Assembly: GCF_000582535.1 (NCBI RefSeq)
Contig: NZ_CP006932.1
Coordinates: 30,001-62,000, forward strand
Origin: Candidatus Saccharimonadota bacterium
GTDB taxonomy: Bacteria > Bacillota_I > Bacilli_A > Mycoplasmatales > Hepatoplasmataceae
Length of the DNA: 32,000 nt
Reading direction: 5' to 3'
In this document: one piece after another, positions 22,292 through 30,111 of the stretch
Layout of the letters: every line of letters begins with the position of its first letter
How positions within the stretch are numbered: the stretch's first letter is position 1
Program-made: the position numbers and the translations under genes
The notes under the pieces: model-generated
Database searches by the model: none
Told to the model about the DNA's origin: nothing
What the model saw: only the letters and a program-made list of their open reading frames with translations

Positions 22292-22318
22292 TTTTTAGAT
22301 ATATTAAATTTATAAATT

Positions 22319-23038
22319 ATGAACAAAAAAAAAGATAATCGCGTTATATTATTAATTCATGGATTTAAGCGTGGAAATGAAAATGATTTTGAGTATTTAG
22401 AAGATCCTCTTATGAAATTTAATTTACCAATAATAAATTTTGAATATTATGATAATTATGATAAAAAAACGCTTAATTGAAAATTATTTTTTAAGAAAAT
22501 TTCTAAGCAAATGGAAGAATTGAAAGATAATGAAATAATAGTAGTTGGTTATTCTATCGGAGCAATAATTGCAATTTATTTAGAAAATTATTACCCAAAT
22601 ATAATTCAAGTTATATCAATCTATCCTGCTTTTAAAATTTATCTTTTTGATTGATTAAAAAGATTAAAAGATTTATATTTTAAAAGAAAAAGACTTAAGA
22701 AAAAAATTGGAAAAGAACGTTTTAATAAACTAAATGAAGCAGCAAAGAAAAATAAAATTGTTGAAAAGTATCCTGTAAAAATTACAAGAAATATTAATAT
22801 TTTTCGTTCAAAACTTAGAAAAAAAATAAAAAATATTAATATTAATAAAACAACTTTAATTTTATCTGAAATAGATGAAATCGTTCATTATAAAAAAACA
22901 TATAAATATATAAATAAATTTAATATAAGTGAGAAAATTATATTTTTTAATTTAAGTCATTATTCGGCAATGAAGGATGGACAAAATTTGCGTAATTTTA
23001 TTATTAGTGAAATTAAAAGATTTAATTTTGATAAATAA
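22319..23038 (+). CDS. alpha/beta-hydrolase (esterase/lipase-like)
   Basis: 239 aa, read codon by codon through the GYSIG motif (to about nt 22570) and by eye beyond it. Motifs are VILLIHGF, the nucleophile elbow VVGYSIGAI (GxSxG), a later SEIDEIV Asp and LSHYSAM His, in S-D-H order. Confidence 0.7.
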
Positions 23039-23058
23039 AAAAACTAGCATATTACAAT

Positions 23059-23775
23059 TATGAATAATATTGGTAAAATTAGTGAAAATGACAATAAAAT
23101 AATTCATTATATATGAATAAAAAATAAAGATGATATTCCAGCAAGTCAAAAAAAAATAATGAATAAGACAATAAGTCTTAATAGTGAATTTTCAATAAAA
23201 ATATGAGATTTAAATAATATTAATGATTTAAATATTAAAAGTAAGTATTTTAAAAAAGCAATTACTGAAAAAAAATGAGCTTTTGCTTCTGATTATTTAA
23301 GAGCAAAAATATTATATGAATATGGAGGTGTATATATTGATATAGATTTATATCCTTTAAAGAAATTAATTGAATTTCTTGAAGAAGAAGATGATTTTAA
23401 TTTATTGATTGGTTTTGAATATAAATATCTTATTTCTACAGGTTTTATATGAGCAAAAGAAAAAAATAATTTAATTTTAAAAAAATTATTAGAACATTAT
23501 GATTATTTTGATAATTTTAAAGAAGATAAAATTAAATTTATAGTAAATAATTATATTTGAACAAATATTTTAGTAGATGAATATAATTTAAAATTTGATG
23601 ATAAAAAACAATATTTAAAAGATAAAACTTTAATTGTTGATCATAGATATTTTTCTTCGATAAAAAAAATAAGATTAGAAAGTTATTTTTTACATAAACA
23701 TTTATTATCATGAAAAAAAAATGATTTTATGAAAAAAATAATGATGCAAATTTTAGCTTTTATACAAGAACATAA
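23059..23775 (+). CDS. GT32-like glycosyltransferase (DXD sugar-binding region family)
   Basis: 238 aa. IIHYIW..., then WAFASDYLRAKILYEYGGVYIDIDL matches the Gly_transf_sug/OCH1-like signature with a DxD motif. Confidence 0.7.
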
Positions 23776-23855
23776 AATTTTAAATATTTTCCTTAAAATC
23801 GAAATTAAATTTAAATTAAGAAGAGTCAAGAATATATATAAATATTTAATAAAAA

Positions 23856-24884
23856 ATGAACGATAAACTTAAAAGTAAAACATTTGGTGTTATTATTCCA
23901 ATTTATAATACAAAAAAAGAATGATTTTTAAAAGCAATAGATTCTGCAATAAAATCATATTTTGCAGTTGATAAAGATTTTGAAATAATAATAATAGATA
24001 ATGGTTCAGATAATAAAGATATATGAAAATATTTAAATGATAATTATAAAAAATACGATTTTATTAAATTAAAAAGATTTGATAAAAATGAAGGAAAACA
24101 AAAAGCAACAAAATATGGTTTTTATAATTTAAATGCAAAATATTTTCAAGTATTAGATTCTGATGATTGAATAGATTCTAATAAAATTAAAAATATTATT
24201 AATATTTTAAAAAAAGTAGATGGAGATATATTTTTTTTAAATTATTACTATTTTAATGATAAAAAGCAAACTATAAGAAAAGAAAGAAAAATTTATAAAA
24301 AATCTCCCCTTGATTATGTTAAATTAGAAAATATTCCAAGATCTTTTTGACATTTTAATGCAAATACAATATTTAATAAAAAATTTATGATTAATAATAA
24401 TTTTAAATTTCCAGAAACTAAAATTTATTATGAGGATGCTTATATGAATATGTGGAATTTATCTAAAATAAGAAATCCTTATTTTATTAATGATTCTTTT
24501 TATTATTATCGAGTTAATATTGGAGGAACAAATTTATCATCAACTAATAAAATGTTTGAATATATTGATTATTTTGAAAAAATGTATCGAGAGACCATTA
24601 AATTAGATTTTTCTAATAAAATTACAAGGAAGAATATGATTAATCTTTCAAGTTTACAATTTTTAACATTGTCATTTTTTTGAACATCAAAGGAAAAATT
24701 CAATGTATCTCGTAAAAAAATAAAAATTTTAAAAAAAGAAATTAAAGAAAACAAAAATTTATATTATGCAAAAGGTTTAAAAAGACCGAGAGTAACAATT
24801 ATTGGGGATTTACTTATATGAAATGGTTATTTGTTTTTTTTAATTAAACCCTTTTCAAAATTATTTATTAAATTTAGAAGATAA
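23856..24884 (+). CDS. family 2 (GT-A) glycosyltransferase
   Basis: 342 aa, verified codon by codon from ATG 23856 to nt 24387 and read by eye beyond that. Motifs are FGVIIPIYNTKKEW..., EIIIIDNGSDN, NEGKQKATKYG and FQVLDSDDWI (DxD). The C-terminus is hydrophobic. Confidence 0.8.
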
Positions 24885-24888
24885 AAAT

Positions 24889-25554
24889 ATGGAAAAAAAA
24901 ACACCTAATAAATATAATATTTGTTTAACTTATGGAACTTTTGATATGTTTCATTTTGGTCATCTTTCCCTTTTATTAAGATGTAAAAATCAATGTAATC
25001 AATTAATTGTTGGTGTTGCAACTGATAAATATAATAAATTTAAAAATAAAGAGTCATTTCAATCTGAAAATCAAAGATTTAATTTCATTAATATGCTTCC
25101 ATTTGTAGATAAAACTATTTATGAACATAATTTTTCCACACAATGAAAAAAAGATTACAAGAAATATAAGGCAAATGCAATTATTATGGGTGATGATCAT
25201 GTTGGAGAATTAGATTATTTAATTAAAGAGGGTCTTAATATTATTTATTTGAAGCGCACAACAGGAATATCCACAACAGATATTAAAGAAAAATTAAAAT
25301 GCAAAAAATATTCTTTTTTTATTCAAGAAAAATGAATTGAAACTAAAAATATATTTAATAGAATTAATAAAAATATAAATAAGAATGATCATTTTTCAAT
25401 TTTAGGAATAAGTAATAAGATTGAGGCACATTATGAACTTTATCAATTTTGAAATAATAGCAAAAAAGTAGATTTAATTTTCTTTTTTGATGATATTGAA
25501 GAAATAAATCTATTAAAAAGAAAAATTAATTACTGAAAAAAATTAAAAGGTTAG
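24889..25554 (+). CDS. tagD: TagD-like cytidylyltransferase, copy 1, with about 85-aa C-terminal extension of unknown function
   Basis: CLTYGTFDMFHFGHLSLL (HxGH) and RTTGISTTDIK are glycerol-3-phosphate cytidylyltransferase family motifs. The ORF continues through four in-frame TGA codons to TAG 25552-25554, giving 221 aa. Confidence 0.75.
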
Positions 25555-26394
25555 TCATTTAAATTTAAAGAAAATCATATAAAAGATTCATATTTTTGTT
25601 TTTAATTTTTTAATTTTAATTTCTTTTTTTATTTGTTTAAAATACTGTCTTCTTGTATTAAAGAAATTTTTATTTAAAGCATATTTTATAAAATTAGGTT
25701 TGAATGTTTTATCTATATTATTAGAGTATTTATTATAAAAATCTAATAAGATAACCAAATCATTTCAATATTCTTCTTTTTGTTTTTGATTTATTTTCCC
25801 TTTTTTTATTTTTTCCAATATATTATTGTATATAAGATAAGGTATATTAATATTTTTTCAACTAGAATCAATTCCAAAAGCCATTCCAATATATTGAAAT
25901 TCAAAGTGTTTAATATTAGTTAATAAATATTTTTTATTTTTAATTGCTTTTTTTGTTTTAAAAATCGTATTATGAGTTAATAAATTAAGTTTCTTATTAT
26001 TATATTTTTGTTCTCCACTTTTATATTTTTTATAAAATGAATGTTGTATTAGATCAACATTAGTATTAGTTAATTCATATATAAGATTTTTTAATCAATT
26101 AAAAATTATTTTATCTTTTGCTTTTATTAATTTAAAATATTTGCTGTCTATTTTTTCAAGATTTTCATATAAAAAATCCGTTTTTTTTAGATTTTTTTCA
26201 TTTTCTAAAATTGTTATCTTTTTATTAAAAGCTTTTGTAATTTTATAATTATTAATATAAATTATAATTTGTACTAAATTATCAAGAGAATTATCTTCTA
26301 AATATTTTTGGAAAAAATTAATTCTAGTAATTTCTTCTAAATTAATTTTTTCGTCAATTGTATATATAAAGCTTAATATTTTTTTGTTTTTCAC
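25543..26394 (-). CDS. hypothetical protein (Lys/Asn-rich), possibly a degenerate GT-A-like fold
   Basis: The track ORF 26095-26394 is extended through TGA codons to TAA (forward TTA at 25543-25545), giving 283 aa. The start is GTG. The N-terminal pattern ILSFIYTIDEK...VQIIIYINNY...NEKNL...YFKLIKAKDKI loosely mimics GT2 strand/helix spacing but lacks DxD. Confidence 0.4.
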
Positions 26395-26551
26395 AATATT
26401 TTGTAATTTTACACTTCTTATTATTAATTTATAATAATTATAAGAAACAAATATTTAAAATATTATCATATTTTTTATAAAAAATAATTTTTATTAATTT
26501 ATATAAATTTGTATTTATAAAATTTGCTATTATTAATATGAAGTGAAAGAA

Positions 26552-27568
26552 ATGGGATTTTTACTACAAAGAGTTAATGATGATTTTTTAAAAAAATATT
26601 TTAATAAAAATGAATATTTTGAATATTTAGAAAATATAAATTATGGAAAATACATAAATAAAGAAATTTATTCAAAAATAAAAATTTTAAATGATTATTT
26701 AAAATCAAAAGATTTCGAATTATTTAATTTTATTACAGAAAATATAATATCTTTTGATCAGGAAAATAAAAATATTTTAAAAATTTATGATGATTTTTTT
26801 ATCTATCATCAAAGAATACTTTTAATATTTTTTGAAAGTTTTACACAATTTGAGAAATTAATTAAAAACAAAATAATAAATTCTATTAATTATTTAAATG
26901 TTAAATCTCTTTATCAATTAATTAATATTATTATTAAAGATAGCAAAAAGAATGAAAAGGAATTAAAAGGATTTCCCAAAAGATGTGAAAATATTTTATC
27001 ATATTTTTGTGCTCCTAATTTAGAAGAAGTTCGTGAAAAAATCGGAATATATAATATTAATGAAAAAGATTCTTTTAATATGTTTTATAAAAAAGCAAAT
27101 AAATCAGAAAAAAGATATTTTGATTATAAATTAATAAATGAATTTTCTTTTTCTGATATTAGTGAATTTTTTGAAATTCTTAAAAAGCAAAATTATAAAA
27201 ATTATTTAAATATTAGAGATTTTATTAAAGATCTTTTGGGTGAAAAGAAATATAATAAATTTTATGAAGATAATCAAAGCGATAATGGAATAAAACCAAT
27301 TATAGATTGATTCTTATCAAATTATAAAAATGTAAAAATATTACGAAATAAAATTATGCATAATAAAGTTTTATTTGCTAATATAAAAGAATTAAATAAT
27401 GGAATAAATAGTTTATTGAAATTATCTAATCAAAAGAAAAACAATATAGGTGATATTACTTTAAAAAAATTTTTAAAAGAAACACTTTCTATTCTTGGAA
27501 AAATTAAACAAGAAAAGGCAAGGAAATTTTTTAAGGAGAAAATAATAAATTTAGAAGATAAAAATTAA
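26552..27568 (+). CDS. Abi_2 (AbiD/AbiF)-like HEPN-motif protein, candidate abortive-infection/defence protein
   Basis: Track ORFs 26543-27310 and 27356-27568 share a frame and are joined by TGA 27308-27310. The start is ATG 26552, or alternatively GTG 26543. The C-terminal region reads WFLSNYKNVKILRNKIMHNKVLF, which contains R-x4-H (27344-27361). Overall length (about 340 aa) and helix-rich composition fit Abi_2. Confidence 0.5.
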
Positions 27569-27577
27569 TAGAAATTT

Positions 27578-28435
27578 ATGAAGAAAATAAGTTTTGAGGA
27601 ATTTCAAAAATTAAATTTTGAAGGTTTTAAAAAAATAAATGAAAAAATACTACAAAATAATATAAAATGATGAGCTCATTCAGGATCATTATTAGGATTT
27701 ATTCGTGATAAAAAATTAATTTCTTGAGATGATGACATTGATATGGGGATGAGATTATATGATTTTAAAAAAAATTTTCAATTATTATCTAAAATTGCTA
27801 ATGAAGAAAATTATAAATTAATTGATAGGTTAGATTATTTTGGTCTTGATGTTGCAAGATTTATTTATAAGGAAAAATATATCATTGAATATAAAGGAAA
27901 AGAATATATATCCTCTCCTTACATTGATGTAATGATGGGTGTTTCTTCTAAAAATAATAATCTTTTGAAAAGAAAATTGTGATCTTGAACAAATAATTAT
28001 TTGTTTATATTTAATTCTTTCTGAAAACCTCTTCCATATTTTGGTTGAAAATTTAATAAAGTTAAAAAAATTCATTGATATGAACAATTTAGTGTATTTA
28101 TTGTAAGAATAATTTTATTTCCTTTATTTTTAGCTTTACCATTACAAAATTTATGATTAAAGCATAAAAGTAAAGATAAAAGTGATAAAGTTTCATTTTA
28201 TTATAATTACGATAATTTAGGAATAATATATGATGTAAATAAATTGCAAGAAAAGAAAATAAATGATTTTAAAATTTTAGTAAATGATAATTATTTAGAA
28301 GAATTAAATTTAAGATTTAAAGAATGAAAGATTTTACCCTCTAAAGAAAAACAAATTCCTCATCATATATTTCTTACACCAAATTTGAATAAATATAAAA
28401 ATAAATATAAAATAGATCCATTTATAATTAAGTAA
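27578..28435 (+). CDS. licD: LicD-family phosphotransferase, copy 2
   Basis: WWAHSGSLLGFIRDKKLISWDDDIDMGM. 285 aa, verified codon by codon through 10 in-frame TGA codons. It is collinear with copy 1 from N- to C-terminus (...KQIPHHI...). Confidence 0.8.
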
Positions 28436-28536
28436 ATAATTTTTAATTTTAATTAAATTTTTAGATAATATTATTGTTATTATTTATTTTTTAAATATTA
28501 ATTGATTAATTTTGGAATGGTTTTATAAATAATTGT

Positions 28537-28965
28537 ATGAAAAAATATAAAAATTGTATCACTTATGGAACATTTGATTTGTTTCATTATGGTCATAAAA
28601 GACTATTTAAAAGAATAGATAAATATTGTGAAAATTTAATTGTAGCAATTTCAACTGATCAATTTAATAAACTAAAAAATAAAAAAGCTTTTGATAATTA
28701 TATAGTTAGAAGTGAAAATGTTTTAAATTGTTCTCCTACTATTAAAAAAGTAATTAAAGAAGTTAATTGAGAACAAAAAATAGAAGATGTTAAAAAATAT
28801 AAAATAGATTGTTTTATTATGGGTTCTGATTGAAAAGGAAAATTTGATTATTTAGATAAGAATTGTGATGTTCTTTATTTAAGCAGAACACCTTTTATTT
28901 CTTCAACTTATTTGCGCAATAAAAAAATTGAAGAAAAAAATCTTCAAACTAATCATAACAATTAG
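28537..28965 (+). CDS. tagD: TagD-like cytidylyltransferase, copy 2 (short form)
   Basis: CITYGTFDLFHYGHKRLF (HxGH) and ...IMGSDWKGKFDYL...LSRTPFISSTYLR. 142 aa. Confidence 0.75.
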
Positions 28966-28968
28966 TTA

Positions 28969-28977
28969 TGTTATAAT
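28969..28977 (+). promoter_or_regulatory. candidate extended -10 promoter element TGTTATAAT upstream of tRNA-His
   Basis: Exact TGnTATAAT match 33 nt before the tRNA. It is identical to the 9-mer upstream of tRNA-Ser. Confidence 0.35.
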
Positions 28978-29009
28978 TTTATATGTTAAAACTTATTAAG
29001 TTAAGTTAT

Positions 29010-29087
29010 GGCGAGTGTGGCGAAGTGGTTAACGCATCGGATTGTGGTTCCGACATTTCGAGGGTTCGATTCCCTTCACTCGCCCCA
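29010..29087 (+). tRNA. tRNA-His (anticodon GUG) with encoded G-1 and CCA
   Basis: An extra 5' G pairs with C73. The acceptor stem is GCGAGTG/CACTCGC. The anticodon stem is TCGGA/TCCGA with loop TTGTGGT. The T-arm is GAGGG-TTCGATT-CCCTT. Confidence 0.92.
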
Positions 29088-29113
29088 TTTTTTTATTTTT
29101 AATTATTAATAAA

Positions 29114-29536
29114 ATGATTAATAAAGCAATTGCAAATAATGAATTTGAAACAGAAAAAATCGGAAAAGATTTAATAGTTAATTTTCCTGAAAATAAATTA
29201 ATTATTATAATTGGCGAAATCGGTTCAGGTAAAACAGTCTTGGTAAAAGGTATTGCTAAGGAATTGGGTATTTCTGATATTGTAAATTCTCCTACTTTTT
29301 CTATAAAAAAAACTTATAAAAATTTAGTTCATTATGATCTTTATTTTGCAACTAAAAAACAATTATCAATTAATGAATTTAATGCTTTAATTGCAGAAGA
29401 TTTAGTTGATAATTATGTTGTAATTGAATGGGGTGATAATTTACTTTTAAAAGATATAAAGAATTTTTTAAAAGTGAATATTACTGTACAAAAAAATCAA
29501 AAAAGAAATATTAAATGAAAATTAAAAGGAAATTAA
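29114..29536 (+). CDS. tsaE: tRNA t6A37 biosynthesis ATPase TsaE
   Basis: GEIGSGKTVLVKGIAKELGI..VNSPTFSI....HYDLY. The start is ATG 29114, after the tRNA. The ORF reads through TGA 29516-29518 to TAA 29534-29536. Confidence 0.85.
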
Positions 29537-30093
29537 TGAAAAAATTATTTTTAGATACTGCTGGTGAGTATTTTAATATTGCAATAATTGAAAATAATAA
29601 AGTGGTTTTTTTTGAGTCCAAAAAAAATAATAATGATGTTGTAAATCAATCCTTGAATTATTTACATATATTTTTAAATAAAAATAAAATTTCTCTTAAA
29701 GATATTAAAGGATATTATTTTACAATTGGTCCTGGTTCTTTTACAGGAACAAAAGTAGCTTTAAATATTATTAATAGTTTTAACTTAGTTTTTCCAACTT
29801 TTGATTTTAATTATATTACAAATTATGATTTATTAAAAAATGAAAATAAAAGATTTGTTTTAATAAAATTAAGTAAGCAAAAATATTATTTGCATGATTT
29901 TATGAAAAAAAATCAAAGAAATTCAGGAAGAATAATAGATGTTTTACAAACAAAAGAAGATTTTAATATTGTTAATGGTTATAAAGAATTTAACAAAAAA
30001 GTTTTAGAAGAAAAATTGATTAAAAACAAATTTAAAAAGGTAGATAATTTAGTAAAAATAAATTTATTTTATGCAAATGATTTTGTTAATTAA
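29536..30093 (+). CDS. tsaB: tRNA t6A37 biosynthesis protein TsaB
   Basis: MKKLFLDTAGEYFNIAI...YFTIGPGSFTGTKVAL. ATG 29536 overlaps the tsaE stop (TAATG), and an AAAGGA RBS lies upstream. Confidence 0.8.
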   Translation: MKKLFLDTAGEYFNIAIIENNKVVFFESKKNNNDVVNQSLNYLHIFLNKNKISLKDIKGYYFTIGPGSFTGTKVALNIINSFNLVFPTFDFNYITNYDLLKNENKRFVLIKLSKQKYYLHDFMKKNQRNSGRIIDVLQTKEDFNIVNGYKEFNKKVLEEKLIKNKFKKVDNLVKINLFYANDFVN

Positions 30094-30111
30094 ATTATAA
30101 GGATTAATAAA

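Noticed and set aside
23756-23866. Possible frameshift truncating the GT32-like gene at a T5 run (23757-23761). The +1 frame stays open for 30 more codons and would end at TAA 23864-23866, overlapping the GT2 start.
   Set aside because: By rough estimate a 30-codon open stretch has about 8% chance probability at this composition. The extension has no recognisable motif, and the 238-aa product already contains the complete DxD domain. This is worth checking in read data but does not support a pseudogene call.
26395-26551. 13-nt direct repeat TTATTAATTTATA (26420-26432 and 26491-26503) in the spacer between the orphan ORF and the Abi-like gene.
   Set aside because: It is a pure A/T low-complexity sequence in a spacer of near-100% AT content. 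Chance recurrence is plausible, and there is no palindromic or phased structure.
29042-29113. N-terminal extension of the tsaE ORF in the track (MWFRHFEGSIPFTRPIFLFLIINK...).
   Set aside because: This stretch is the 3' half of tRNA-His plus its trailer read as protein. The real start is ATG 29114 (MINKAIANNEF...).
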